A DNA stretch of 32,904 nucleotides from Patescibacteria group bacterium (GTDB lineage Bacteria > Patescibacteriota > Minisyncoccia > Ryanbacterales > GWA2-47-10b). A program made the position numbers and the translations under genes. The notes beneath the pieces are model-generated. The model was given only the letters and a program-made list of their open reading frames with translations. It was not told the origin of the DNA and searched no databases. Positions within the stretch are counted from its first letter, which is position 1. Each line of letters starts with the position of its first letter. Shown here one piece after another: positions 1 through 9,557 of this stretch. The stretch lies in NCBI GenBank assembly GCA_038063855.1, contig JBBTUF010000030.1:679-33582 (forward strand), read 5' to 3'.

Positions 1-46
1 ATTTTGGGATCAGATATTTCTTTTTATGAAAAATTGTTGGCAATAA

Positions 47-87
47 ATAAAAAAAACCGCAGTTTCGGGACTGATCCGAAACTGCGG
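47..87 (-). terminator. Intrinsic terminator of the minus-strand Nudix gene
   Basis: Perfect 12-bp inverted repeat CCGCAGTTTCGG (57-68) / CCGAAACTGCGG (76-87). The A-run at ~48-56 gives a U-tract on the minus strand, just downstream of the stop at 106. Confidence 0.8.
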
Positions 88-105
88 CGCGACTGCTGGG
101 GGGCC

Positions 106-765
106 TTACTTCCAGGCGAGATGCCCGGTTTTGAGGAGCGCCTTGTATGCGCAAGCAACCGCACTTTCTTCGACGAAGAGGCCGGACTCAAGTACTTTTC
201 GAAAGTCGCGTATTGGCAAAGGAAATACTTTGATTAATTCGTTGTCAGCGTGAGATGTAGTACTTTGGTTCACAAGATTTTCCGCGAGCCACATATGTGC
301 TCGCAATCCATTCGAATCTGAAGAAGCTCCGCGATATTTTCCTGTTTCGATCATGATGTGTCCGAGGTAGGACCAGCTATTACCACCGTAGCCAGTCTCG
401 CGGAGATAAACATCTTTCGTTTTTTGGAGGATTGTCTCCAAAGACGCATCCTCGGCGATTTTACCGATACCGCCAGGGGGTAGTTCCCATGATCCTCGGT
501 TAACTCCGGGTTTCCACTGGATGAGCGTGAGGACTTCTTCTGAGCCGTTAGTGATGCCGAATGTTACGGACCAACCGAAATGACGAATTACATTCCAATA
601 ATCGTGAGGCTCGCCATTGATATTCCTCGTTTCTTTGATTATCTCACCAAAGAAAGGAATAGAAATATATGGCTCTCTTGAGATAGTCGGCCATCCCGTA
701 CCCAGTGCTGCCATTTTCTTTCGCGCTTCTTCTACGTAGTCAGTAGCAATGCTTGGCTCATTCAT
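106..765 (-). CDS. Nudix-fold hydrolase (ADP-ribose pyrophosphatase-like, degenerate Nudix box)
   Basis: VLTLIQWKPG..WELPPGG..LRETGY..ELIKVFPLP matches the NudF-like layout. Start moved to ATG at 765 because AAGGAGG lies 6 nt upstream. Confidence 0.7.
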   Translation of the reverse strand: MNEPSIATDYVEEARKKMAALGTGWPTISREPYISIPFFGEIIKETRNINGEPHDYWNVIRHFGWSVTFGITNGSEEVLTLIQWKPGVNRGSWELPPGGIGKIAEDASLETILQKTKDVYLRETGYGGNSWSYLGHIMIETGKYRGASSDSNGLRAHMWLAENLVNQSTTSHADNELIKVFPLPIRDFRKVLESGLFVEESAVACAYKALLKTGHLAWK

Positions 766-873
766 TTGTCGCCTCCTTAGCAAAGAGCAGATTTGTGGTT
801 ATCCGTATCATATAAATAATCTAATGTCAATATCGACGATAACAAAAAACGGTGGTATTTTAAAATATAATTC

Positions 874-1815
874 ATGAATCTCAAAGACAAAAAAATTCTC
901 ATCACAGGCGGAGCCGGATTTCTCGGCTCTTTCGTGGTTGAGAAACTTCTCGAGCGAGGAGTAAAAAAAGAAAATATTACTATCCCGCGATCAAAGGATT
1001 TTGATTTGCGTCGGCAAGACGTCGCGACAAAAATTACCCAAGGTCAAAATATTGTTATACATCTCGCGGCAAATGTTGGCGGCATTGGGTATAACCGCGA
1101 AAAAGCAGGGGAGCTTTTTTATGACAATATGATGATGGGTGTAAATACACTTCACGCGGCGTATGAGGCAGGTGCGGAAAAGTTTGTTGCCGTGGGTACT
1201 GTGTGTAGTTATCCAAAGTTTACGCCAGTGCCGTTTCGTGAAGAAGATTTTTGGATAGGGTACCCTGAGGAAACGAATGCTCCGTATGGGCTTGCAAAAA
1301 AAATGCTCGCAGTACAGGCGCTCGCGTATAATACTCAATATGGTTTTAATGCTGTTAATTTATTGCCGGTGAATCTTTACGGCCCTCGAGATAATTTTGA
1401 TCCAGGTTCATCTCATGTGATTCCGGCACTCATTCGAAAAGTTATTGAAGCGCGTAATGTCGGTAAAGATTTTATTGATGTATGGGGGACTGGTTCTGCA
1501 ACTCGTGAATTTTTATATGTAGAAGATGCGGCGGAAGGTATTGTGAAAGCGCTCGAACGATACGATAAGCCCGATCCGGTGAATCTCGGCTCGGGCATGG
1601 AGATCTCTATTAAAGATCTGGTTGAAAAAATTTCCTTGCTGTGTAATTTTAAGGGTACAATTCGATGGGATTCATCAAAGCCCGATGGCCAGCCGCGTCG
1701 CATGCTTGACGTGTCACGCGCCATACGTGAATTTAATTTCCACGCACATACAAGTTTTGATGAGGGTCTCAGGAAAACTATCGCATGGTACGAACAAAAT
1801 ATTCATGCAGCATAA
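874..1815 (+). CDS. fcl: GDP-L-fucose synthase family epimerase/reductase (Fcl/ColC-like)
   Basis: [28 protein letters not shown] (YxxxK), [41 protein letters not shown]. Confidence 0.9.
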   Translation: MNLKDKKILITGGAGFLGSFVVEKLLERGVKKENITIPRSKDFDLRRQDVATKITQGQNIVIHLAANVGGIGYNREKAGELFYDNMMMGVNTLHAAYEAGAEKFVAVGTVCSYPKFTPVPFREEDFWIGYPEETNAPYGLAKKMLAVQALAYNTQYGFNAVNLLPVNLYGPRDNFDPGSSHVIPALIRKVIEARNVGKDFIDVWGTGSATREFLYVEDAAEGIVKALERYDKPDPVNLGSGMEISIKDLVEKISLLCNFKGTIRWDSSKPDGQPRRMLDVSRAIREFNFHAHTSFDEGLRKTIAWYEQNIHAA

Positions 1816-2305
1816 TCCAAAAATAATTTCCTACGCGAGAGCACAGCAAATTGCAAAACGTCTTCATAAAGAAGGGAAAAAAATTGTTTTCAAAACAGGG
1901 TGCTTTGATGTGGTGCACATCGGTCATATACGCGCACTCGAATATTGTAAGGGGCTCGGAGACGTATTCATACTTGCCATTGGGAGTGACAAAACACTGC
2001 ACGCGCTCAAAGGCCCTGATCGCCCCATCTTCCCCGAAGAGTTACGGGCAGAGGTAATAGCGGCGCTCGCGTGTGTGGATTATGTCTTAATACTCAAAGA
2101 GCCACTTCGTGGTAGAATTGATCATGAAAAAATTATTTCTTTAATTCGCCCACATTATTATATGTTGCCGCCGGACGATAAAGCGCTTCAAGTAAAACGA
2201 ATAATGGCAAAGAAATATGGCGTTACCATTAAATTGAAACCCGAGACAAAAGGAAAATACATTTCTACATCCCAGCTTATTAGTCGAATACTCGCAATTG
2301 GTTAA
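1805..2305 (+). CDS. Cytidylyl/adenylyltransferase of the RfaE2 (HldE domain II)/TagD family
   Basis: [11 protein letters not shown] (HIGH motif), [11 protein letters not shown]-terminal ISTSQLI. Start ATG at 1805 overlaps the fcl end; the ORF-track extension to 1622 lies inside fcl. Confidence 0.8.
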   Translation: MQHNPKIISYARAQQIAKRLHKEGKKIVFKTGCFDVVHIGHIRALEYCKGLGDVFILAIGSDKTLHALKGPDRPIFPEELRAEVIAALACVDYVLILKEPLRGRIDHEKIISLIRPHYYMLPPDDKALQVKRIMAKKYGVTIKLKPETKGKYISTSQLISRILAIG

Positions 2306-2313
2306 TAGTTAAT

Positions 2314-3720
2314 ATGAAAAAAGAAGAACTCGTAAAACATCTCGATAATGCCGCGATAGAGCGCGATGCATGGATTCGGCGTAATTGGTATTATCATGAC
2401 GCACTTAAAAAGTTGATTTGTTTTCTGATCCCTACAAATATACAGGTGCTCGAAGTGGGGTCAGCAACAGGAGAGCTTTTGCATGCCGCTCAACCTTCGC
2501 ATGGAGTAGGTATAGACATAAGCCCTAAAATGGTCGAGATTGCAAAAAATAAATACAAAAACATCGAGTGGCATGTTGACGATATTGAAAACCTTGCTCT
2601 GAGAGAACGCTTCGACGCTATAATCATGTCGGATGTTGTTGGGAGTCTTGATGACGTTGTAAGTGCTTTTGCCAACTTAAATAAAGTAAGTCACGAGTCA
2701 ACAAAAGTTGTAATTACATTTTACAACTATCTATGGGAACCGATTTTGCGTCTTGCTGAATTTTTGCACTTCAAGCGCAAACAGCCGCTCCAAAATTGGC
2801 TCTCGCCGAAAGATGTTGAAAGCATGTTGCAGCTTACAGGTTTTGAAGTTATTAAGAGTGGGAATAGAATGATTCTCCCGGTTTATATGCCTCTTATTTC
2901 AAATTTTTTAAATCGGTATGTCGGGAATTTACCCTTAGTGCGGAAGCTTGGTGTCATACAGTATGTAGTTGCCCGCCCAATACCAAAGGAAAAGCGAGAT
3001 TTTTCAGTAAGCATTGTTTTGCCATGCCGAAATGAAAAAGGAAATATCGAAAATGCTGTGAAAAGAATACCTCAGTTCGGAACATATACTGAACTTATTT
3101 TTGTGGAGAAGGGTTCCATGGATGGCACGTATGAAGAGATTGCACGAGTTGCTAATGAATATGCTGGTAAGAAAAATATTAAATATTTTCAAGCGAAGAT
3201 TGATTCGAAGGGAGACAAGGTGCGAGAAGCTTTTGAAAGAGCGGCTGGAGATATTTTAATGATCCTTGACTCTGATCTTACAATGCCGCCCGAAGATTTG
3301 CCTAAGTTTTATAATGCGATTGCATCAGGGCGTGGAGAGTTTATTAATGGTTCACGTCTTGTGTACCAACTTGAAAACGATTCAATGCGAATTATTAATA
3401 TTTTTGGCAATAAGTTTTTTAGTGTCGTATTTAGTTGGTTGTTGGGCCAGCGATTAAAGGATACGTTGTGCGGAACAAAAGTTTTGTTCAAAAAAGATTA
3501 TGAAATGATTGCGCAGGGAAGAAAATACTTTGGCGATTTTGATCCATTTGGCGATTTTGATTTGCTTTTTGGTGCAGCAAAACTTAATCTTAAGATTGTA
3601 GAGATGCCGATTCGATATCGGGCGCGAACATATGGTAGTACAAATATTCAACGTTGGCGTCATGGTTGGTTGCTTATCAAAATGGTTTTTCTCGCAATGA
3701 GGAAGATTAAATTTGTATAA
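2314..3720 (+). CDS. Class I SAM methyltransferase-like domain fused to GT2 glycosyltransferase
   Basis: N-terminal VLEVGSATG..GIDIS; C-terminal SIVLPCRNE, ILDSDLT (DxD), DTLCGTK, FGDFDLL, EMPIRYRAR.YG. Confidence 0.85.
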   Translation: MKKEELVKHLDNAAIERDAWIRRNWYYHDALKKLICFLIPTNIQVLEVGSATGELLHAAQPSHGVGIDISPKMVEIAKNKYKNIEWHVDDIENLALRERFDAIIMSDVVGSLDDVVSAFANLNKVSHESTKVVITFYNYLWEPILRLAEFLHFKRKQPLQNWLSPKDVESMLQLTGFEVIKSGNRMILPVYMPLISNFLNRYVGNLPLVRKLGVIQYVVARPIPKEKRDFSVSIVLPCRNEKGNIENAVKRIPQFGTYTELIFVEKGSMDGTYEEIARVANEYAGKKNIKYFQAKIDSKGDKVREAFERAAGDILMILDSDLTMPPEDLPKFYNAIASGRGEFINGSRLVYQLENDSMRIINIFGNKFFSVVFSWLLGQRLKDTLCGTKVLFKKDYEMIAQGRKYFGDFDPFGDFDLLFGAAKLNLKIVEMPIRYRARTYGSTNIQRWRHGWLLIKMVFLAMRKIKFV

Positions 3721-3722
3721 TT

Positions 3723-4490
3723 ATGAGTAATCAAAAACAACAAACATCGACGAGGCAAACACGCGAAGCGCAACACTTTGATCAGCTCGCCGATTCGACG
3801 GGTGAAATTTGGTGGGGCTCGGTAACGCCTGCCGGTATCAGACGGCTCGAACGTCGCGTGGTATATGTGCAGGACGCACTCGCACAATTTCACAATCCCA
3901 CAGTTTTAGAGCTTGGTTGTGGTACGGGGGCATTCACGAAACCTCTTCTTCAAACAATACCGCAGTTACGATTGACGGGCGTTGATGTTTCGCCGAAGAC
4001 TATAGAGGTCATCAGAAAGTATTTTCAAGAAAACCTGCAGGCGCGTTTTGAGGTGGGTGATGTGTCTGCCACGATGTTTGCTGATAATACATTCGATGCA
4101 GTTATTGGGAATTCAGTATTACATCACGTGCCCTTGAAAGAAACACTCCATGAGTCTTTACGTATTTTAAAACCTGGAGGGGTGTTGTGGTTCTCAGAGC
4201 CAAATATGTTCAATCCACAAATCGCAGTCGAAAAAAATGTCCGGTTCGTTGGTAAATGGCTTCAAAATTCAGAAGATGAAACAGCTTTTTTCCGTTGGCC
4301 TCTCGCGCGTCTCTTGCGTGGTATCGGGTTTCAAGATATATCGGTTCAGCCATTTGATTTTGTGCATCCCGGGATACCTAAGCAGTTTGTGAAAGCGGCG
4401 GAGTCTATAAATAAGGTATTCGAACATGCCCCACTCGTGCGTGAAATTGCCGGCTCTTTGAAGGTATTTGCTCGCAAGGCGATTGTCTAA
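3723..4490 (+). CDS. Class I SAM-dependent methyltransferase
   Basis: VLELGCGTG, GVDVS, FDAVIGNSVLHH, LKPGG. Confidence 0.85.
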   Translation: MSNQKQQTSTRQTREAQHFDQLADSTGEIWWGSVTPAGIRRLERRVVYVQDALAQFHNPTVLELGCGTGAFTKPLLQTIPQLRLTGVDVSPKTIEVIRKYFQENLQARFEVGDVSATMFADNTFDAVIGNSVLHHVPLKETLHESLRILKPGGVLWFSEPNMFNPQIAVEKNVRFVGKWLQNSEDETAFFRWPLARLLRGIGFQDISVQPFDFVHPGIPKQFVKAAESINKVFEHAPLVREIAGSLKVFARKAIV

Positions 4491-5338
4491 TTACGCCTCA
4501 GTAAAAGATTGGCATATCCATGTGTGCCGCAAAGAGTCATAAGTTCTTCTGGTGATGATTTTATAATTGCGTTTGTTTTTTCATCGATGTATGCCAAGAA
4601 GAACCCATGTTGTTGTAGAGCCCGCAGAAATTCTTGAGGCGATGATCCACTTTGTGTAAGTCCTTCTGGCCAAAATTCGCTCATAATTATTATTTCTGGG
4701 TTATCGTTTAAAACTCGTTTCATTCCTTTAAGCGCCAAAAACTCCGCTCCCTGGATATCCATTTTAATAAAATTAATTCGATCGCCGGGCTTAAAGAAGT
4801 CATCCAATGATGTTGTATTGATTTCTCTTTTATTTCTATTTGCGCCCGTATTATAAATACGATGATCGCCGCTATTTTCTTCGGATATATATATTTGGGT
4901 TGTGCCCGATATGTCGGAAACTGCCCAGGGTAATGCTTGAATTTGTGTGTACTTGTTTGCTCTTATATTTTTTTCTAGAAAATGGAAGTTTTCTTCTTCT
5001 GGCTCAAAGGCGATAACTTTGCCGTGGTTGCCTACAAGCCGCGCGGCGCGTATCGTGTAATAACCTAAATTTGCTCCAATGTCGACTACTGTCCAGCCTT
5101 TTTGAATAATATTATTAAAAATATAACTCTCGCCCTTTTCGAGTGCTTTGTGTTTTAGTAAAAATAAAGCCAAAAGTCTGTCTGGTTTTTGTGCGGAAAA
5201 AACTTGTCCATCAATAATGATTTTTTGTGGAGGGAAAACTCCACCAAGCTTATTAATGAATCTTGCGAGTTTTAGTACGAGAGGGTAACGTAGTATACTA
5301 AACAGTAGTACGCGAGCATATTTTAAAAGAGTTTTCAT
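4487..5338 (-). CDS. FkbM-family methyltransferase
   Basis: VDIGANLGYY, VIAFEP, SLDDF, FIKMDIQGAE. The start at 5338 (MKTLL) leaves 63 bp for divergent promoters; the start is uncertain. Confidence 0.85.
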   Translation of the reverse strand: MKTLLKYARVLLFSILRYPLVLKLARFINKLGGVFPPQKIIIDGQVFSAQKPDRLLALFLLKHKALEKGESYIFNNIIQKGWTVVDIGANLGYYTIRAARLVGNHGKVIAFEPEEENFHFLEKNIRANKYTQIQALPWAVSDISGTTQIYISEENSGDHRIYNTGANRNKREINTTSLDDFFKPGDRINFIKMDIQGAEFLALKGMKRVLNDNPEIIIMSEFWPEGLTQSGSSPQEFLRALQQHGFFLAYIDEKTNAIIKSSPEELMTLCGTHGYANLLLRRN

Positions 5339-5401
5339 GTTGACAGTTATGCGAGAGGCTTTTATTATTCCTATACTATATGATGCCATTACAATAGACA
5401 A

Positions 5402-6793
5402 ATGAAAAAGTATTTTAGTTCTTTTCTACAGCTAATTGCTCAAGAGAGGGCGCTATTTTTTTTCGTTTTAAGCATAAAAATATTATTTTTAATTGGTTTT
5501 TTAGTTTTGTTTGGAGCGAGTCGCTTGGAATGGGCAGATTCTCAGACCTATAATGAGCTAGGTATAAATGTTTTTCGAGGTCTTGGGTATGGACATATGC
5601 AAATTGATTCGTTGCGACTTGTGCCCGATTTACAGTTTCCGCCATTATATCCTATTATTCTTGCTTTTTTTCATTTATATTTTCCGCATGGTTTTGTTGT
5701 GCTTAGCATAGTGCAAGCAATTATTGCTGCTTTTAGTACGGTATTGATATATCGAATAGGCAAGGAAATAATGACCAATGATGCGGCCGTGGCTACAGCA
5801 TTATTATTTTCTTTTGAGCCGCTGACTGCGTTGACGCATATATTGATGATGCCCGAAACCTTTTTTGTTTTTCTCCTTTTAGTAAGTATTTATTTTTTTA
5901 TAAAACTCATTGATTCTTATTCGGCGCGTGAGGTATTTATCTCCGCTGGGAGTTTAGGCGTGGCACTCTATGTAAAACCAGTTGCTTTGTATCTCGCGGT
6001 ATTGTTTGTTTTGCTTCTTGCTACGCGTCATTTATGGGGCGCCGCTATTTTATACGCGGTGCTCGTTGGCGTTTTGTTATGTCCTTGGGTTCTTCGAAAT
6101 GGTTACATGGGAGGTTCTTATGTGTTCAGTACTCATAGTACTAACGCAGTTTGTGGATACTTTGTATTCTCGGTTTTTGCAACGGAATATCACACAGATC
6201 CAAGTAATATGGATGCGGCGTTGTTGCCATCTTCCTTTAAATCTACGCTGACCGAGTGTCACGGCATACTTTCTGGAGTTATGATAACCGCATTTCGCTA
6301 TCCCATCAGTTTTATTAAAACGATCGTTTTAAGTTCTGTCGCATTCTTAAGTAACGAGGGATATGCGATTTTTTTTCAGGACCAACTCAATACTATTAAG
6401 CGCCACAATAATTATCTAACGCCGACAGTATTTGTAATGCACGATTGGCAATCAAAAATTGTCGGGGCAATATCAGCGATCAATCCATTGCAGCTGATTA
6501 TTATTCTGTTGGGTAAATTATTCTGGGCTTGTATTATCGCATTGAGTTTTGTTGGCGGATTGGATTTGTTGAGGCGAAGAAAAATAACTCACGGAGCAGT
6601 TTTTTTGGTCGTCATTGTATATTTTATTGCCGCAGCTGTTTTGGGTGTCGGGTATGCTGCGGGCGCACGGCTACGGATACCGATTCATCCATTTCTCTTT
6701 ATCCTTGCAGGATGCGGTATCGCCTCGCTCCGTAGTGAGTCACGGTATGTATGGCAGAGAGGGAATGTATCATTGAAAGCGTTAAAGCATTGA
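5402..6793 (+). CDS. GT-C integral membrane glycosyltransferase (ArnT/PMT-like)
   Basis: Many hydrophobic helices; DSQTY after TM1, PPLYP, MPETFF, KP, PWVLRN, ARLRIP. Confidence 0.75.
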   Translation: MKKYFSSFLQLIAQERALFFFVLSIKILFLIGFLVLFGASRLEWADSQTYNELGINVFRGLGYGHMQIDSLRLVPDLQFPPLYPIILAFFHLYFPHGFVVLSIVQAIIAAFSTVLIYRIGKEIMTNDAAVATALLFSFEPLTALTHILMMPETFFVFLLLVSIYFFIKLIDSYSAREVFISAGSLGVALYVKPVALYLAVLFVLLLATRHLWGAAILYAVLVGVLLCPWVLRNGYMGGSYVFSTHSTNAVCGYFVFSVFATEYHTDPSNMDAALLPSSFKSTLTECHGILSGVMITAFRYPISFIKTIVLSSVAFLSNEGYAIFFQDQLNTIKRHNNYLTPTVFVMHDWQSKIVGAISAINPLQLIIILLGKLFWACIIALSFVGGLDLLRRRKITHGAVFLVVIVYFIAAAVLGVGYAAGARLRIPIHPFLFILAGCGIASLRSESRYVWQRGNVSLKALKH

Positions 6794-6818
6794 CGTCTAT
6801 CTCAACCCACGTTAGGAT
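6790..6818 (+). promoter_or_regulatory. Sigma70-type promoter, leaderless rfbF
   Basis: TTGACG (6790-6795), 17-nt spacer, TAGGAT (6813-6818), then 7 nt to the ATG at 6826. Confidence 0.6.
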
Positions 6819-6825
6819 TGTCTCT

Positions 6826-7548
6826 ATGAAAGTAGTCATTTTGTGTGGCGGACGAGGTACTCGTCTTGCAGAAGAAACCGTGTATAAGCCAAAACCTCTT
6901 GTCATGGTCGGCGATAGGCCAATCTTATGGCATATTATGAAATTATATTCTTTTTATGGGTATAATGATTTTGTTTTATGTCTTGGCTATAAAGGCAATA
7001 TGATAAAGGATTATTTTATGGACAAGAAAAATCGCGAAGAAAATTGGAATATTATATTTACTGATACCGGTATTGAAAGTGGAACGGAAAATCGACTTTT
7101 GCAGATTCGACCTCACATTCAAAACGAAAATAATTTTTGTTTGACGTATGGTGACGGAGTAGCAGATGTTAATATAGGTGCACTTATAGCGCAACATAAC
7201 TCATGTAGCAAAATGGTGACAGTGACTGGCGTAAAACCTCCTAATCCATTTGGAGTGCTCGAAATAGATAATGGCCTTGTTAAAACATTCGCTGAAAAGC
7301 CAAAATCAAGTGACTGGACGAATGGAGGATTTTTTGTAATGTCTTCAAAGACTTTTGACCTTTTATCGATTGACCCTTCGGCGATGCTCGAATTCCATAT
7401 TTTGCCTAAACTTGCTCATGCGGGCGAAGTGGCACTGTATGCTCATAATGACTTTTGGCATTGTATCGATACATTGAAGCACCTCGAAGGTCTTAACGCA
7501 TTGTATAAGAAAAATGAACGCCCATGGATGGTGTGGGAAAAAAGTTAA
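6826..7548 (+). CDS. rfbF: Glucose-1-phosphate cytidylyltransferase family
   Basis: MKVVILCGGRGTRLAEET..KPKPLV, ILWHIMK, LGYKG, LTYGDGVAD, NGGFFV, FW..DT, C-terminal PW. Confidence 0.85.
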   Translation: MKVVILCGGRGTRLAEETVYKPKPLVMVGDRPILWHIMKLYSFYGYNDFVLCLGYKGNMIKDYFMDKKNREENWNIIFTDTGIESGTENRLLQIRPHIQNENNFCLTYGDGVADVNIGALIAQHNSCSKMVTVTGVKPPNPFGVLEIDNGLVKTFAEKPKSSDWTNGGFFVMSSKTFDLLSIDPSAMLEFHILPKLAHAGEVALYAHNDFWHCIDTLKHLEGLNALYKKNERPWMVWEKS

Positions 7549-7629
7549 GCTACTTTTTTGTGTATTTCTTGTGAGGCTTCAGCTTGTCACTAGGATTTTT
7601 TTAATTTAATATTTCGTCTGCATTGCCCA

Positions 7630-7658
7630 TTGCGTTCACTTTAATTTTATGGTATAAG
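7630..7658 (+). promoter_or_regulatory. Promoter of the internal Nudix gene
   Basis: TTGCGT (7630-7635), 17-nt spacer, TATAAG (7653-7658) with an extended TGn. Confidence 0.45.
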
Positions 7659-7709
7659 AGTTCTAGATTTCGTTGACTCGGGGATGCCGAGAGAAAGAAG
7701 AGGCGAGTG

Positions 7710-8444
7710 ATGCAGGTTGGAGTAACGGACTTAAGCGTAGAAGAAAGGGCAGAGTATTTACGCCTTCAGAAAAAAGTCGGTTGGAGACGGACGGGAACAG
7801 ATGTTTTTGAGAGTTTCTTCTCAATTCTTCCAATGGTGCCAGGTGAACTTGCCGTCGTGCGAAAAATCGACGACGTCGATTCCATCCTCATGTGGCACCG
7901 GAGTGACGAGCATTACACGGGCTGGCACATGCCAGGCGGGTACCTGCTTTTGGGTGAGTCGGATGAGGAGTGGGTTAGGCGTGTGCTCAAAAAAGAGACA
8001 AGTCTCGAACTCGGTCACTTCTACCAGATCCGTACCTTCAACACGCCGCCATCCACTGGCTGGGTGCCGAATCATCAAATGGCGCACTTTTTCTTGTGTG
8101 AGACGGAAGGCGAGCCTACCAACGGCAAGTTCTTTCCGCTCGCCGAGCTCCCCGAAGATACGCTCGGTCATCACAAGAAGTACATCGAGTGGCTCCGCGC
8201 ATATGTTATGCGCACGGAGACGATGTGCGAGCATGGGATTCGGTATGATCACCCACCATTACCCGTGGAAAAAATGCCTACGTGGGGCAAATGGGCGATC
8301 GTAAGGCGATGGGAGGAGGAAGGACAAGAGTATTTTTCAAGGTGGGGTATATTCGATACACTCGATGGGGCTTTGGAGGAATTCTCTCTGCGTGGCAGTC
8401 ATCCTCTCTTTGTGATCGACGACCAAGGTCTTCAGATTCTGTAG
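7710..8444 (+). CDS. Nudix hydrolase, possibly GDP-mannose mannosyl hydrolase (Gmm)-like, with C-terminal extension
   Basis: WHMPGGYLLLGES.EE...RVLKKETSL is a Nudix box lacking the usual Glu residues, as in Gmm. GAGG lies 6 nt before ATG 7710; GTG 7707 is an alternative start. Confidence 0.7.
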   Translation: MQVGVTDLSVEERAEYLRLQKKVGWRRTGTDVFESFFSILPMVPGELAVVRKIDDVDSILMWHRSDEHYTGWHMPGGYLLLGESDEEWVRRVLKKETSLELGHFYQIRTFNTPPSTGWVPNHQMAHFFLCETEGEPTNGKFFPLAELPEDTLGHHKKYIEWLRAYVMRTETMCEHGIRYDHPPLPVEKMPTWGKWAIVRRWEEEGQEYFSRWGIFDTLDGALEEFSLRGSHPLFVIDDQGLQIL

Positions 8445-8472
8445 CTGAAAGAAAGGAGAGGAAAGTTCAAAC

Positions 8473-8511
8473 AAGGCGAAACCCAGCGGGGTTTCGCCTT
8501 TTCTTTTTTTT
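8473..8511 (+). terminator. Intrinsic terminator after the Nudix gene
   Basis: AAGGCGAAACCC (8473-8484), AGCG loop, GGGTTTCGCCTT (8489-8500), then TTCTTTTTTTT. Confidence 0.85.
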
Positions 8512-8522
8512 ACGTGTTGCTC

Positions 8523-8551
8523 TTGCGAAAATATTGTTTTTGTTGTATCGT
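8523..8551 (+). promoter_or_regulatory. Promoter restarting transcription for rfbG and downstream genes
   Basis: TTGCGA (8523-8528), 17-nt spacer, TATCGT (8546-8551), immediately after the terminator and 10 nt before ATG 8562. Confidence 0.5.
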
Positions 8552-8561
8552 TACATCCGAT

Positions 8562-9557
8562 ATGAACCATGGCTATTGGCGACATAAAAACGTATTTGTT
8601 ACCGGCGCGACCGGTCTTTTGGGCTCGTGGCTGGTGAAATATTTGGTTGATGCCGGTGCAAATGTAACGGCACTTGTGCGTGATATTGTGCCCCATTCAA
8701 ATCTATATCGCTCTGGATATGCAAACAAAATAAATATTGTTCGGGGGAGTCTCGAAAATTATTCTACGCTCGAACGAGCTATGGCTGAGTATGAAATTGA
8801 TACTGTCTTTCATGCGGGCGCTCAAACGATTGTAGAAGTCGCAAATCGCAATCCACTTTCAACGTTTGAAACAAATATTCGTGGTACATGGAATATTTTG
8901 GAAGCCGCGCGTCGCAATCCAACGGTAAAAAAAATTATTGTAGCATCGAGTGATAAGGCGTACGGCACGCACAAAGTTCTTCCATATACTGAAGAGGCCG
9001 CATTGCAAGGCAAACATCCGTACGATGTTTCAAAAAGTGCTGCAGATCTTATTGCGCATACCTATTACAATACATACAAATTGCCAGTTGCGATTACTCG
9101 ATGCGGAAATTTTTTTGGCGGAGGTGATATGAATTTTAATCGAATTATTCCCGGAACAATTCGTGCTGTTCTATCGGGTGAGGCGCCTGTTATTCGTTCT
9201 GATGGGTCATTTATTCGCGATTATTTTTATATTGAAGACGGCGCATATGCATATTTGACTCTTGCTGAACGCATGGATGACACTCGTATTCACGGGCAAG
9301 CGTTTAATTTTTCAAATGAAAGTCAAATGACCGTCCTCGATGTGACAAGAAAAATTCTGACGGCAATGGGTAGTAATCTTGAGCCGAGAGTGCTTGGTAC
9401 CGCAACGCATGAGATCCCGCATCAGTATTTATCAGCGCAAAAAGCGCGTGAGATGCTCGCGTGGAAATCCCAATTCACATTTGACGAAGCATTATCGAAG
9501 ACTATCGACTGGTACCGAAATTTCTTCCACACTGTATTATATGAGAAAAAAAATTAA
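8562..9557 (+). CDS. rfbG: NDP-sugar 4,6-dehydratase, CDP-glucose 4,6-dehydratase-like
   Basis: [44 protein letters not shown]...RIIP. Context next to rfbF. Confidence 0.8.
   Translation: MNHGYWRHKNVFVTGATGLLGSWLVKYLVDAGANVTALVRDIVPHSNLYRSGYANKINIVRGSLENYSTLERAMAEYEIDTVFHAGAQTIVEVANRNPLSTFETNIRGTWNILEAARRNPTVKKIIVASSDKAYGTHKVLPYTEEAALQGKHPYDVSKSAADLIAHTYYNTYKLPVAITRCGNFFGGGDMNFNRIIPGTIRAVLSGEAPVIRSDGSFIRDYFYIEDGAYAYLTLAERMDDTRIHGQAFNFSNESQMTVLDVTRKILTAMGSNLEPRVLGTATHEIPHQYLSAQKAREMLAWKSQFTFDEALSKTIDWYRNFFHTVLYEKKN

Noticed and set aside
7623-8527. TTGCCCATTGCG / TTGCTCTTGCG as a target-site duplication around the Nudix cassette
   Set aside because: Imperfect match that coincides with two -35 elements, so promoter similarity explains it.
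7801-8696. Overlapping ORFs 7801-8304, 7821-8252, 8282-8587 and 8337-8696
   Set aside because: No recognisable motifs. They are expected in a GC-richer segment, and two of them cross a strong terminator.
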